Of a stretch of DNA of 55,993 bases, positions 30,960-40,589 are shown piece by piece. Positions within the stretch are counted from its first letter, which is position 1, and each line of letters starts with the position of its first letter. The notes beneath the pieces are model-generated. The model searched no databases, was not told where the DNA came from, and saw only the letters and a program-made list of their open reading frames with translations. The stretch spans positions 1 through 55,993 of the forward strand of contig JAEYVS010000103.1 in the NCBI GenBank assembly GCA_023429265.1. The letters are read 5' to 3'. The translations under genes were made by a program, and so were the position numbers. Origin of the DNA: Bacteroidota bacterium. Lineage in GTDB: Bacteria > Bacteroidota > Ignavibacteria > Tepidaquicellales > Tepidaquicellaceae.

Positions 30960-31871
30960 TCAAATCTTATAATGTTTCATTAACTTATTATAAACTTCTT
31001 CAGAAATTAACTTTTTACTTTCAGGAGTCTTCCCTGCAATGTGATTGCTTAATATTACATTATCAAGCTCAAAAAATAAAGGATTTACATCAGGTTCATC
31101 CTTAAATACATCCAGGCAGGCGAATCTGATTTTTCGAGCTTGAAGTATACCTATAAGAGCATCTTCATTCACGATTTCACCTCGCGAAGTATTTATAAAT
31201 ATGCAATCATTTTTAAGGATTGAAAGTTTCTCCGCATCCAGGAATCCCCTGTTTTTTTCTGTTAGTGGTATGTGAATAGAAACTACATCGCATTTACTTA
31301 GAATATATTTCAGGCTTTTAAAACTCACCTTTCTATTCTTTGCCAATACTTTCGGGTCGATATCATTAGCATAGATATCCATACCGAAACACTTTCCCAT
31401 TTCAGAAACTTTTTTTCCTATCGAACCGTACCCAATCACGCCAAGTTTTTTACCTCGGAGCTCACTCCGTTCATATTTTAATTCGGTAAATTTATTTTTA
31501 CGCACCAGTTTATCAGCCAATAATAAATTCTTACTTGCAGCCAGTATCATAGCAAAAGTATGCTCTGCAGCTGAAGTGCTGTTACCGGTTTTTGAGTTAA
31601 ACACCTTTATTCCTCTTTTTCTGCAATTATCGATATCAATATGATCAGTACCTTTGGAAAAGGTAGCTATCACTTTGCCTTTAAAATTATCGATGAATTC
31701 GCGGGTGATTTTTCGGGTACTTCGTATCAGAATGGCATCATAATCCCCTTTTAGAATAGACTCATTGGAAATACCCGGCTTAATGTCTAAAGTAAATCGG
31801 GAAACGGGAAGCTTTGCGAAAGAAGATATCTCAATATCGTCTGCTGCCAGTATTTTAATTTTTTTAGGCAA
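30960..31871 (-). CDS. D-isomer-specific 2-hydroxyacid dehydrogenase family protein (phosphoglycerate dehydrogenase-like)
   Basis: 303 aa. NAD-binding GVIGYGSIGKKV. Catalytic-domain pattern ...SIHIPLT...INTSRGEIV...LDVF..EP....L....NVILSNHIAG. Confidence 0.75.
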   Translation of the reverse strand: MPKKIKILAADDIEISSFAKLPVSRFTLDIKPGISNESILKGDYDAILIRSTRKITREFIDNFKGKVIATFSKGTDHIDIDNCRKRGIKVFNSKTGNSTSAAEHTFAMILAASKNLLLADKLVRKNKFTELKYERSELRGKKLGVIGYGSIGKKVSEMGKCFGMDIYANDIDPKVLAKNRKVSFKSLKYILSKCDVVSIHIPLTEKNRGFLDAEKLSILKNDCIFINTSRGEIVNEDALIGILQARKIRFACLDVFKDEPDVNPLFFELDNVILSNHIAGKTPESKKLISEEVYNKLMKHYKI

Positions 31872-31939
31872 ATGGATTGATTAAATTCTTATTTGAATTT
31901 AATCCGCTGTAATGTAAAATGAAGTGAAAATCGAGGGTG

Positions 31940-32545
31940 TTACTTTTCGGATTTATTCTGCGCCAGAGCACCGGATATGAGACTTACTATGTCATTTTTA
32001 CCTTCACCCGAAACGATCGAGAATGGAATGTAGTCTCTGCAAAGATCCTCATTATGCACTATTTTAGAAGCGCGGTAGATTTGCTTCTCCATTTTGTTTT
32101 TAGATATCTTATCCGACTTAGTAAGTACGATAGCGTAAGGAATTTCATAATACTCCAGCCAGCTAACCATCAGCTCATCGAGATATGTAGGCTCATGACG
32201 GGAATCAATCAAAACAAAAACCATATTCACATTCTCTCTTTCACTGATGTAATCTTCTACAAGTTTTCGCCATCCCGCTCTTATCTGTTCCGGTACTTTT
32301 GCATAACCGTACCCGGGAAGATCAACAAGGTAATATTCTTCATTTATGAGAAAATAATTCAACTGCCTTGTCTTGCCTGGAGCAGAACCTACTTTAGCGA
32401 GGGATTTCTTACTGCAGATTGTATTTATGAGAGATGACTTACCTACATTTGACCTTCCAACAAAAACAAACTCGGAAAGTACCGATGAAGGTAAATTCCT
32501 AAGGTCGTATATACTTTTTATAAACTCTGCTGATTTTATCTTCAT
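31940..32545 (-). CDS. engB: Ribosome-biogenesis GTPase YihA/YsxC (EngB)
   Basis: 201 aa. G1 GRSNVGKSSLIN, G3 DLPGYGYA, G4 TKSDK. Confidence 0.9.
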   Translation of the reverse strand: MKIKSAEFIKSIYDLRNLPSSVLSEFVFVGRSNVGKSSLINTICSKKSLAKVGSAPGKTRQLNYFLINEEYYLVDLPGYGYAKVPEQIRAGWRKLVEDYISERENVNMVFVLIDSRHEPTYLDELMVSWLEYYEIPYAIVLTKSDKISKNKMEKQIYRASKIVHNEDLCRDYIPFSIVSGEGKNDIVSLISGALAQNKSEK

Positions 32546-32560
32546 TCTCTATGTTCCCCT

Positions 32561-32629
32561 TAAAAATAAAAAGTCCTTAACTTCATATTCATATTATGTC
32601 ATTCGTACATTAATAAGCAGTTAAGGACT
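32561..32629 (-). terminator. Putative terminator after rplQ (10-bp stem, large loop)
   Basis: On the minus strand: AGTCCTTAAC-38 nt-GTTAAGGACT followed by TTTTTATTTTT. Confidence 0.45.
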
Positions 32630-32658
32630 ACAAAATTATTTATCTAAAATACCATTCT

Positions 32659-33210
32659 TTAAGCTTCACTTGAAGCTTTCTTCGTTTTCTTTGGCTCTTT
32701 TTTAGTTTCTTTTTTCTTGGCTTCTTTTTTCTTAGCCTTTGGTTCGTCGGTGGTTTCCTTGTCCGCTTTTCTGCCCTTCTTCTTTGAATCTGCAGTATCA
32801 TCTACAGCTTCTTCTTTCTGCTGCACATAATTAAAATCTACAAATTCTATAATAGCAGTATCAGCGCCGTCACCGGGTCTGTGACCGGTTTTCAAAACGC
32901 GGGTATAACCACCCGGTCTGTCTGCGTACTTAGGTCCGATCTCGTCAAACAATTTCTTTACCGCAGCATCATCTTTCAAAAAGCTCTTTGCAACTCTACG
33001 CAAATGTACTTTTTGCTCCGAAACCGAAGAAGCATTTGCTTTTCTGGCTTTAGTTACCAGAGGCTCGATATACAATCGCAGCTCTTTTGCCTTGGCAAGA
33101 GTTGTTTTGATTCTGTCATGCTTGATTAAATTGACAGATAAGTTCGACATCATCGCCTTCTTGTGGCTCGCCGTTCTGCTGAATTTTCTTCCTTTGGTCC
33201 TGTGTTCCAT
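32659..33210 (-). CDS. rplQ: 50S ribosomal protein L17, with Lys/Glu-rich C-terminal extension
   Basis: 183 aa. L17 core (GRKFSRTASHKKAMMSNL...GGYTRVLK) plus a ~55-aa K/E-rich tail. Confidence 0.9.
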   Translation of the reverse strand: MEHRTKGRKFSRTASHKKAMMSNLSVNLIKHDRIKTTLAKAKELRLYIEPLVTKARKANASSVSEQKVHLRRVAKSFLKDDAAVKKLFDEIGPKYADRPGGYTRVLKTGHRPGDGADTAIIEFVDFNYVQQKEEAVDDTADSKKKGRKADKETTDEPKAKKKEAKKKETKKEPKKTKKASSEA

Positions 33211-33236
33211 TATCTATAAAAAAGAATAATTTAATA

Positions 33237-34232
33237 TTAAGTGGTTTCTTCGTTCAGATACTTGTCTACATCCATCCCAAAGTGAAGGTTAAAGCTTTCA
33301 ACTAGCTCACCCAGCTCTGCAAGGGACTTTCTTCCGAAATTCCTGTAGTGAAGCATCTCTGATTCGTTTTTTCTTACCAGGTCCGCGATTGTTTTGATAT
33401 TTGCTGACCTTAAGCAGTTTTGTGATCTGACAGACAGATCCAGTTCATCGACAGGCATCAGCAATATTTTCTTTACCATCTCGTCTTGTTCATCTTTCTC
33501 TTCCTTTACCGGCTCTGCCTGCTCAACTGTATCAGGCTGTAACCCCATAAATAGACCTACGTGCTGACTGAGGATTCTTGCGGCTGAAACTAATGCCTCC
33601 TCAGGATTTATAGAGCCGTCAGTGTGTATCTCAAGTGTAAGTTTCTCATAATCTGTCTTCTGACCTACCCTGGTATTTTCTATAAGGTAATTAACCTTTG
33701 CAACAGGAGTAAAAATTGAATCGATGCTGATAAATCCTAAAGGAAGTTCGGTCTTTTTATTCTCGTCAGATGGTACATATCCTACACCCTGACCGAGCCT
33801 AAATTCAATATCAAGATTTGCATCTTTATTCAATGTCGCGATATACTGATCCGGATTCAATACTTCAAAATCGGCAGTACCACTCTGAATATCCTTTGCT
33901 GTAAACTTCTTTGGTCCTTTGATATTTAATTCTATCTTTGAACCCTTCCCTGTTATCTCTTTAAATCTTACTTCTTTCAGATTTAATATAATTTCTGAAA
34001 GATCTTCGACAACACCTTTTATTGTTGTGAATTCGTGGGGAGCGTCGTTTACCTTTATAGCTGTTATTGCTGTTCCTGGCAATGAGGATATAAGTACCCT
34101 CCTTAATGAATTACCAATAGTAACGCCGTATCCTCTCTCCAGAGGCTGAATTATAAATTTTCCGTACGTATCAGAATATGTCGCTTCTTCTCTTACAACG
34201 TTCTCCGGCATTTGAATGTGAAATATCTTCAT
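33237..34232 (-). CDS. rpoA: DNA-directed RNA polymerase subunit alpha
   Basis: 331 aa. N-terminal domain GYGVTIGNSLRRVLLSS-like motif and C-terminal domain LDLSVRSQNCLRSANI. Confidence 0.95.
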   Translation of the reverse strand: MKIFHIQMPENVVREEATYSDTYGKFIIQPLERGYGVTIGNSLRRVLISSLPGTAITAIKVNDAPHEFTTIKGVVEDLSEIILNLKEVRFKEITGKGSKIELNIKGPKKFTAKDIQSGTADFEVLNPDQYIATLNKDANLDIEFRLGQGVGYVPSDENKKTELPLGFISIDSIFTPVAKVNYLIENTRVGQKTDYEKLTLEIHTDGSINPEEALVSAARILSQHVGLFMGLQPDTVEQAEPVKEEKDEQDEMVKKILLMPVDELDLSVRSQNCLRSANIKTIADLVRKNESEMLHYRNFGRKSLAELGELVESFNLHFGMDVDKYLNEETT

Positions 34233-34274
34233 AGTCCGCCTAAAATGATTTAATTTTATTAAAAACCTATGTTA

Positions 34275-34904
34275 CTATTTAGAGTAAAGCTCAACTATCA
34301 GCTGCTCGTTTCCAATAAACGGCACTTCTTCTCTCTCCGGATCCTTTAAATAGGTACCCGTCATAGTAGCTTTATCCAGCGAAAGCCATGGCATCATCAT
34401 ATTATCCTTCATTCTCTTCATTGAATCATGGAATACGGGAAGTTTCTTGCTTTTCTCTCTGATCTTAATCACATCACCTGACTTCAAATGATATGAAGAC
34501 CTGTCGACGATTTTATCATTCACAGTCAAATGTCTGTGAAGAATGATCTGTCTTGCAGCCTTTCTGGATGGTGCCAGTCCAAGCCTGTATAATGTATTAT
34601 CCAGTCTGCTTTCCAGTATTGAAACAAGATTGTTACCGGTTACACCTTTTTGCCTGGATGCTTCCTTAAAATAGTTTCTGAATTGCTTTTCCAGCAGTCC
34701 GTAAGTCTTTCTTACTTTTTGCTTTTCTCTCAGCTGAACTGCGTAGTCGGTCATTCTCGACCTTCTTGAGAGTCCGTGTTGTCCCGGAGGATAGTTCTTC
34801 TTTTCTATAGGGCACTTATCTGTAAAACACTTTGTACCTTTTAGAAATAATTTCTGCCTTTCTCTGCGGCATAGTTTACAACTCGCATCTGTATATCTTG
34901 CCAT
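34275..34904 (-). CDS. rpsD: 30S ribosomal protein S4
   Basis: 209 aa. MARYTDASCKLCRRE...; Cys-cluster (zinc-finger-type) N-terminus and an S4 RNA-binding domain. Confidence 0.95.
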   Translation of the reverse strand: MARYTDASCKLCRRERQKLFLKGTKCFTDKCPIEKKNYPPGQHGLSRRSRMTDYAVQLREKQKVRKTYGLLEKQFRNYFKEASRQKGVTGNNLVSILESRLDNTLYRLGLAPSRKAARQIILHRHLTVNDKIVDRSSYHLKSGDVIKIREKSKKLPVFHDSMKRMKDNMMMPWLSLDKATMTGTYLKDPEREEVPFIGNEQLIVELYSK

Positions 34905-34936
34905 TTAATGCAATTAAATTTGATTACAATTATATA

Positions 34937-35323
34937 TTAAACTCTTCTTCTTTTAGGAGGTCTGCATCCATTATGCGGAAGCGGAGTGATATCCTTTATA
35001 GAAGTTATCTCAAGACCGTTGGTATTCAATGAACGGACTGCGGCATCCCTTCCGGAACCTACACCCTTAATGAATACTTCGACCTTTCTTAGTCCGAGAT
35101 CGAAAGCCTCTTTCGCCGCAGACTCAGCCGCTACCTGCGCTGCAAATGGAGTACTTTTCTTGGATCCTTTAAATCCCATCTTACCTGAGGATGCCCATGA
35201 TATAGTATTACCATAAAGATCGGTAAGTGTTACTATTACATTGTTAAAGGTAGCCTTGATGTGAGCCACACCGCTGGAATCTACCTGGATCTTCTTTTTA
35301 TTCTTTTTAAATGTCTTTGCCAA
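34937..35323 (-). CDS. rpsK: 30S ribosomal protein S11
   Basis: 128 aa. [18 protein letters not shown]...[13 protein letters not shown]. Confidence 0.95.
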   Translation of the reverse strand: MAKTFKKNKKKIQVDSSGVAHIKATFNNVIVTLTDLYGNTISWASSGKMGFKGSKKSTPFAAQVAAESAAKEAFDLGLRKVEVFIKGVGSGRDAAVRSLNTNGLEITSIKDITPLPHNGCRPPKRRRV

Positions 35324-35350
35324 TGTATGTAATTTTTTCTTTAAACTTTA

Positions 35351-35734
35351 TTATTTCTTAGCTGCTGCTTTCTTTTTACCGGCAACAGTTTTCCTCTTAC
35401 CTTTTCTGGTACGGGAGTTGGTCCTGGTCCTCTGACCTCTTACAGGAAGACCTTTTCTGTGTCTTTTGCCCCTGTAGGTGCCGATTTCCATCAGACGCTT
35501 GATGTTCATCTGGATTTCTGACCTCAGTGCGCCTTCAACTTTTATCTCTGCGTCGATTGCAGAACGTATCTCGTTTACTTCCTCATCTGAAAGATCTGAT
35601 ACCTTCCTGCTCTCATCGATGCCTACTTTGCTTAGAATTTTTTCAGCTGTGCTTCTGCCGATACCAAAAATGGAAGTAAGACCGATCACGATCCTCTTAT
35701 TCTTTGGTAAATCTATTCCTGAAATTCTTGCCAA
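35351..35734 (-). CDS. rpsM: 30S ribosomal protein S13
   Basis: 127 aa. [14 protein letters not shown]...[20 protein letters not shown]. Confidence 0.95.
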   Translation of the reverse strand: MARISGIDLPKNKRIVIGLTSIFGIGRSTAEKILSKVGIDESRKVSDLSDEEVNEIRSAIDAEIKVEGALRSEIQMNIKRLMEIGTYRGKRHRKGLPVRGQRTRTNSRTRKGKRKTVAGKKKAAAKK

Positions 35735-35759
35735 TGTATATTAATTTATTGTTTTAAAA

Positions 35760-35873
35760 TTATCCTTGTCGTTGTTTGTGCTTTGGGTTTGGACATATCA
35801 CGCGTACCACACCGTTCCTCTTGATGATCTTACATTTAACGCACATCTTTTTTACCGAGCTTCTTACTTTCAT
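35760..35873 (-). CDS. rpmJ: 50S ribosomal protein L36
   Basis: Not in the ORF track because it is under 60 aa. Hand translation of the minus strand gives [37 protein letters not shown] (37 aa; CxxC...C....H zinc motif). Located between infA and rpsM as expected. Confidence 0.9.
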   Translation of the reverse strand: MKVRSSVKKMCVKCKIIKRNGVVRVICPNPKHKQRQG

Positions 35874-35893
35874 GGCTTTGTAATATTTAAAAG

Positions 35894-36112
35894 TTATTTA
35901 TATCTGTAAGTTATACGGCCCTTCGTCAGATCGTATGGTGAAAGTTCGACCGTTACCTTATCACCTTGCAATATCCTGATAAAATTCATCCTCATCTTTC
36001 CGGAAATATGAGCCAGAACCTCGTGACCATTTTCAAGTTTCACCCTGAAGGTCGTGTTTGGCAGAATTTCCGAAATAACACCGTCTACTTTTATCAAGTC
36101 CTGTTTGGACAT
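35894..36112 (-). CDS. infA: Translation initiation factor IF-1
   Basis: 72 aa. S1-like fold sequence ...[44 protein letters not shown]. Confidence 0.95.
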   Translation of the reverse strand: MSKQDLIKVDGVISEILPNTTFRVKLENGHEVLAHISGKMRMNFIRILQGDKVTVELSPYDLTKGRITYRYK

Positions 36113-36131
36113 CTATACTAAATTACTCCTG

Positions 36132-36893
36132 TTAATTTCTATTTGTTAATATCCTGGGCTCACCTTCAGTAATCAATATCGTATGCTCGAAATGCGCCGA
36201 AGGTTTATGATCCTTAGTTACAACTGTCCAGCCGTCTTCCATTTCATACACACCTGCTCTTCCATAATTAACCATCGGTTCTATTGCCAGGGTCATTCCC
36301 TTTTTAAGTTTCATCTTACCGGAAGGTGAATAATAATTTGGCACTGCTGGTTCTTCGTGCAGGCTTTTTCCTATTCCGTGACCTACCAGCTCTCTCACTA
36401 TTGTGAAGCCGGACCCTTCCACATATTCCTGTATTGCAAGACCAATGTCATTGATCGTATTTCCGTCCCGGGCTTGCTTTATGCCTCTGTACAATGCTTC
36501 TTCGGTAACCCTTAAGAGCTTTTTTACTTCCTGTGAAACTTCACCAACCTCGTATGTATAAGCACTATCACCGAAATATCCGTTCTTTTTAACGCCAACA
36601 TCTATCGATAAAATATCGCCTGTCTCAAGTTTAATGTCGTTAGGAATTCCGTGAACAACTACCTCGTTCACAGAAGAACATATACTTGCGGGAAACTTCC
36701 TGTTCTTGACTCTATATCCTTTAAAAGCCGGCTCACCGCCCCTGGATAATATGAATTCTTCTACGATACTGTCCAGTTCTTTAGTCGTTACACCGGGTTT
36801 TACAAAAGCTCCAATATGTTTATGAACGTCTGCTACTATTTTACAACTTTCGGAGATAAGCATTATCTCCTTCTCACTTTTTACCAGTGACAT
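36132..36893 (-). CDS. map: Type I methionine aminopeptidase
   Basis: 253 aa. Metal ligand contexts VVHGIP, DVG...GYFGDSA, GHGIG, EPMV. Confidence 0.9.
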   Translation of the reverse strand: MSLVKSEKEIMLISESCKIVADVHKHIGAFVKPGVTTKELDSIVEEFILSRGGEPAFKGYRVKNRKFPASICSSVNEVVVHGIPNDIKLETGDILSIDVGVKKNGYFGDSAYTYEVGEVSQEVKKLLRVTEEALYRGIKQARDGNTINDIGLAIQEYVEGSGFTIVRELVGHGIGKSLHEEPAVPNYYSPSGKMKLKKGMTLAIEPMVNYGRAGVYEMEDGWTVVTKDHKPSAHFEHTILITEGEPRILTNRN

Positions 36894-36900
36894 CCGGATG

Positions 36901-38235
36901 TTACCTTCTTCCCTTCAGTTTTGTACCTTTCATAAATCCGTCATAATGTCTCATCAGTAAGTGTGATTCGATCTGCTGTAAAGTATCGAGAGCTACACCT
37001 ACTATGATAAGCAGGCTTGTGCCCCCAAAGAATGCAGCAAATCCTGAAGTAATCCCGGCTTTCATTACAAAAGTCGGAAGAACTGCTATTAGCGCCAGGA
37101 ATATTGCCCCCGGCAGCGTTATCTTTGTTAAAATGTTATCTATGAAATCTGAGGTTGGTTTTCCTGGACGTACTCCTGGAATAAACCCGCCCTGTCTCTT
37201 CATGTTATCTGCGACATCTTTTGGATTAAAAGCGATCGCTGTATAAAAATAAGTAAAGAACACAATCAGCAGTGAATATACAAAAGCATAAACAAAACTC
37301 GTATAATCAAAATATCCGGCTATTGTCTGCATTAATTGACTGTCCGGGAAAAACGATAAAAATGTGCTCGGTATGAACATAATTGACTGAGCAAATATCA
37401 AAGGCATTACACCTGCCTGATTAACTTTTAATGGAATATATTGTGTAACACCCCCAAAAACTTTACGCCCGACAACTCTCTTCGCGTATTGTACCGGTAT
37501 CCGCCGGGTGGCTACCGTTACCGCCACAACTCCTGCGACAATGAATACAAATGCTGCAATAAATACTACCTCTACAAGTATGTTTCTTACTCCCGAGGAT
37601 ACAAGCTGATATTCATCCAGCACCGCAAATGGAAACTGCGCGATGATTCCAATAAATATAATAAGCGATATCCCGTTACCTATTCCCCGGTCCGTTATCT
37701 GTTCACCAAGCCACATCATAAATATCGTTCCTGCCGTCAAAAATATAACAGTAGAGGCAGTGAACATAAAACCGGATATCTCGGGGTTTATGATACTAAG
37801 TCCCTCTACATTTCTGCTGGCAAGCTGTACGCTTACTCCCCATGCCTGCAATGCAGCAATAGGAATGGTAAAAACTCTTGTCAGCTGATTGATTTTCTTT
37901 CTTCCTTCTTCACCTTCTTTCTGAAGTTTCTGGAAGTAAGGAAATACAGCGCCTAAAAGCTGAATTATGATAGACGCGCTGATGTAAGGCATTATTCCCA
38001 GTGCAAATACTGCAGCATTATTAAATGCGCCTCCCACGAAAAGGTCATAAAGACCAAATAATGTATTGGAAGCCTGGTTCTGGGATGCTTCTGCAATTAG
38101 TCCCGCATTGATCCCGGGAAGTGTAATGTGTGCTCCAATCCTGACAATAATTAGCAGACCAAGTGTGAATAGTATCCTCTGCCTTAACTCCTCTATTTTG
38201 AAAACATTACGGAAATTCTCTACGAAACCACTCAT
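36901..38235 (-). CDS. secY: Preprotein translocase subunit SecY
   Basis: 444 aa with 10 hydrophobic segments. Conserved ...GIMPYISASIIIQLL... and position after rplO (4-nt overlap). Confidence 0.95.
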   Translation of the reverse strand: MSGFVENFRNVFKIEELRQRILFTLGLLIIVRIGAHITLPGINAGLIAEASQNQASNTLFGLYDLFVGGAFNNAAVFALGIMPYISASIIIQLLGAVFPYFQKLQKEGEEGRKKINQLTRVFTIPIAALQAWGVSVQLASRNVEGLSIINPEISGFMFTASTVIFLTAGTIFMMWLGEQITDRGIGNGISLIIFIGIIAQFPFAVLDEYQLVSSGVRNILVEVVFIAAFVFIVAGVVAVTVATRRIPVQYAKRVVGRKVFGGVTQYIPLKVNQAGVMPLIFAQSIMFIPSTFLSFFPDSQLMQTIAGYFDYTSFVYAFVYSLLIVFFTYFYTAIAFNPKDVADNMKRQGGFIPGVRPGKPTSDFIDNILTKITLPGAIFLALIAVLPTFVMKAGITSGFAAFFGGTSLLIIVGVALDTLQQIESHLLMRHYDGFMKGTKLKGRR

Positions 38236-38690
38236 ACTGTTTTAACTACGCCTCCCGCTTTTTCGATTTTTTCTTTTGCGGAATCACTGAATGCGTTTGC
38301 TGTAATCTCTATCTTCGTTTTTATGTCTCCATTACCCAGGATCTTTAATGGAAGAGTCTTGCTGATCAATCTCATTTTTACTAAGAAATCTTTATCAATA
38401 GCCGAATCACTGATCTTACCGCTATCTATCAATTTTTGTAATTGTCCAACATTAAGAATACTAAATTCTTTTCTGTTAATATTCTTAAAACCGAACTTGG
38501 GCACACGCCTTTGTATAGGCATCTGGCCGCCTTCAAACCATGCGCGGGATTTATAACCCGACCTTGACTTTTGACCCTTATGACCTTTTGTAGATGTATG
38601 GCCTCCATAACCTGACCCCTGGCCTCTACCTATTCTTTTTCTTTTTTTCCTGGAGCCTTCTGCGTATTTTAGATTGCTTAGTATACTCAT
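38232..38690 (-). CDS. rplO: 50S ribosomal protein L15
   Basis: 152 aa. KKRKRIGRGQGSGYGGHTSTKGHKGQKSRSG. Confidence 0.95.
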   Translation of the reverse strand: MSILSNLKYAEGSRKKRKRIGRGQGSGYGGHTSTKGHKGQKSRSGYKSRAWFEGGQMPIQRRVPKFGFKNINRKEFSILNVGQLQKLIDSGKISDSAIDKDFLVKMRLISKTLPLKILGNGDIKTKIEITANAFSDSAKEKIEKAGGVVKTV

Positions 38691-38720
38691 TGATCGATTA
38701 ATTGAAGATAAATTGATTAT

Positions 38721-38760
38721 AAAATAAATAAATTCCTTTGGGGGGTGACCCCCAAAGGAA
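38721..38760 (-). terminator. Strong rho-independent terminator after the inserted OMP gene, upstream of rplO
   Basis: On the minus strand: a 12-bp stem TTCCTTTGGGGG-tcac-CCCCCAAAGGAA followed by TTTATTTATTTT. Confidence 0.75.
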
Positions 38761-38784
38761 TTAAATATAAGTAATTTTTACTCT

Positions 38785-39501
38785 TTAGATATGAACGTTC
38801 ATTAATACACTCATTATTCCTGTTCCGAATGAGTTTCCATCAGGTCCGGTTAAAGTATTTGTTCCTGTTGTTTGCTCAGGTGCTGACCACTGTCTGAAAC
38901 CTAAAGTGTATCTGCCGCCTAATGAAATACCTTCGGTAAAGTACCAGTCAAATCCAAAATTTACACCTGCGCCGAATGAGTTACCTTTTCTTTCGGTTTC
39001 TGTTCCGCCTGTTGCTAACGGTGTTACAGTAGATGAGAACATACCGTAGTTCAGGTTAAGTCCGATATAAGGTGACACGCTGTATAGAGATCTGAAATGA
39101 TAATTGATATCTAAAGCGAGACCGAATGTTGAAGCACTGAAATCACTTGCAGTACTGTCAGGACCGTTTACAGTTGTAGAACCGAAATTGATACCACCAC
39201 CTAATGAAATGTTATTGCTAACATAGTATTGGAAACCAATACCTGCTAAGTCAATCTGTAACAGATCATTGTTTGTACCACCGGTAGCTGTGTATGAACC
39301 GGAATAAACTGATCCTAAATTGCTTTGGAAAGGTGTGTAAGTAAAGATGAATGATCTTGAACCTTTCTTAACTTCCGGCATAGGACCGTCAAAGTTTGTG
39401 TTCACCGGCTTATACTGAGCAGATGAGTAACCAGCAACAAATAATACTAAAGTTAATGCAACAAATAGTTTTTTAATTGTTGACATTTTTTCTCCTTTCA
39501 A
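38785..39501 (-). CDS. Small outer-membrane beta-barrel (porin-family/OmpA-like barrel) protein
   Basis: 238 aa. Signal peptide (the true start is possibly the MSTIKK Met at 39486). Alternating aromatic/Gly-rich amphipathic strands (GIGFQYYV, LALDINYHF, GAGVNFGFDWYF, GGRYTLGF). Confidence 0.65.
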   Translation of the reverse strand: MKGEKMSTIKKLFVALTLVLFVAGYSSAQYKPVNTNFDGPMPEVKKGSRSFIFTYTPFQSNLGSVYSGSYTATGGTNNDLLQIDLAGIGFQYYVSNNISLGGGINFGSTTVNGPDSTASDFSASTFGLALDINYHFRSLYSVSPYIGLNLNYGMFSSTVTPLATGGTETERKGNSFGAGVNFGFDWYFTEGISLGGRYTLGFRQWSAPEQTTGTNTLTGPDGNSFGTGIMSVLMNVHI

Positions 39502-39787
39502 AAGATTTTATAAAATAGAAGAATAATTTAAAATTAACTTCTATATTGACACCATTTTTATGGCATCAATACAATTTAAAAAAAAATAATTTAAATTTTA
39601 ATTCAAATTTTAAGGTTGAATTTTTCAAGCAAGGTTTTTTTGCGTGTTGCTGGTGTTATTTAACTTACTGTAAACTAATTAGTAAGCTATACGCGTAGTA
39701 CCAAACTTTACTATTTCAAACTTAGTCTAAATTAAAATTTTAAAAGAACGCGCTGATTACCCCTAAAAAACTCGTAATTTACTTCGA

Positions 39788-39967
39788 TTATAATACTTCG
39801 ATTTTCACCAAATGTTTCACTGCATCGACCATTCCTTTGATCTGTGGTGTCTCATCTTTTTCGACTGAACTGTTCATTTTTCTCAATCCTAATGCTTCCA
39901 TTGTTTTCTTCTGCCTTGCCGGTCTGTCTATGATACTTTTAATTTGTGTTATTCTTATCTTTGCCAT
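39788..39967 (-). CDS. rpmD: 50S ribosomal protein L30
   Basis: The ORF-track entry 39788..40072 was trimmed to the internal Met. MAKIRITQIKSIIDRPARQKKTMEALGLRKM... (59 aa) is the L30 sequence. The longer form would overlap rpsE. Confidence 0.9.
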   Translation of the reverse strand: MAKIRITQIKSIIDRPARQKKTMEALGLRKMNSSVEKDETPQIKGMVDAVKHLVKIEVL

Positions 39968-39968
39968 C

Positions 39969-40487
39969 TTATACTCCTTCGTAAAGTTCCTGCAGTGAGA
40001 TTCCTCTTGTTTCAGAAATAGAAACTGCATTTTCAAGATTCTCGAGAGCCACCATTGTTGCCTTAACAACATTATGATGATTTGAAGAGCCTAATAGCTT
40101 AGTAAGAATATCCTGGTACCCTGCAGATTCAAGAACGGCTCTAACACCACCACCTGCAATGATTCCTGTACCCGGTGCTGCAGGCTTTAACAAAACCTTT
40201 GCTGCGCCGTATTTCCCTATTATCATATGAGGAATAGTGCCTTTCCCGGTGATCGATACTTTGACCACATTCTTTCTTGCATCCTCTACACTCTTCTTTA
40301 TTGCGTCTGTAACTTCATTTGCCTTTCCAAGACCAATTCCAACGTGGCCTTTACCATCACCAACTACGCTCACTGCATTAAAGCTGAATCTTCGGCCACC
40401 TTTCACTACTTTTGCGACCCTGCCAACCTTAACAAGTTTCTCTTTTAACTCAAGCTCACCTGCTTTTATGAATTCCTTTTTCGCCAT
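39969..40487 (-). CDS. rpsE: 30S ribosomal protein S5
   Basis: 172 aa. [34 protein letters not shown]. Confidence 0.95.
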   Translation of the reverse strand: MAKKEFIKAGELELKEKLVKVGRVAKVVKGGRRFSFNAVSVVGDGKGHVGIGLGKANEVTDAIKKSVEDARKNVVKVSITGKGTIPHMIIGKYGAAKVLLKPAAPGTGIIAGGGVRAVLESAGYQDILTKLLGSSNHHNVVKATMVALENLENAVSISETRGISLQELYEGV

Positions 40488-40518
40488 TTATAATAAGTAT
40501 TGTCTTTATTTTATGTTG

Positions 40519-40589
40519 TTCTCAGGGGAGGATTCGAACCTCCACGTACGGCTCCAAAGGCCGCTGTCCTGCCATTAGACGACCCGAGA
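40519..40589 (-). tRNA. tRNA-Gln (anticodon UUG)
   Basis: Minus strand reads TCTCGGG-TC-GTCT-AATGGCA-GGAC-A-GCGGC-CTTTGGA-GCCGT-ACGT-GGAGG-TTCGAAT-CCTCC-CCTGAGA-A. All four arms pair. Loop CUUUGGA gives anticodon UUG. U1:A72 is typical of bacterial tRNA-Gln. Confidence 0.85.

Noticed and set aside
31879-31904. AT-rich 10-bp hairpin GATTAAATTC-6 nt-GAATTTAATC downstream of engB, considered as a terminator
   Set aside because: No U-tract follows it on the minus strand, the stem is weak and all A/T, and it lies just upstream of the start of the 2-hydroxyacid dehydrogenase gene (31871).
31937-32437. 166-aa + strand ORF
   Set aside because: It is antisense to the well-supported engB gene and has low-complexity composition. 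It is a shadow ORF.
36112-36901. Absence of adk between secY and map
   Set aside because: The secY-map-infA-rpmJ order without adk occurs in several bacterial lineages. It is not informative on its own.
37441-37956. 171-aa + strand ORF, and similar antisense ORFs (e.g. 3928-4458, 14060-14428, 15284-15694, 41395-42012, 44314-44787, 44881-45303, 45445-45756)
   Set aside because: All lie opposite strongly supported conserved genes (secY, accC, pdxJ, the YbbR-like gene and r-protein genes). None shows a recognisable motif. They are shadow ORFs.
38691-39787. Mobile-element origin for the OMP insertion in the spc operon
   Set aside because: No transposase or integrase, no terminal inverted repeats and no target-site duplication could be seen. 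The insertion itself is reported as a finding, but a mobile element cannot be claimed.
39968-40072. N-terminal 35 codons of the 94-aa ORF-track version of rpmD
   Set aside because: This part overlaps the 3' end of rpsE in another frame and has non-L30 sequence. The L30 homology begins at the internal Met (MAKIRITQ...).
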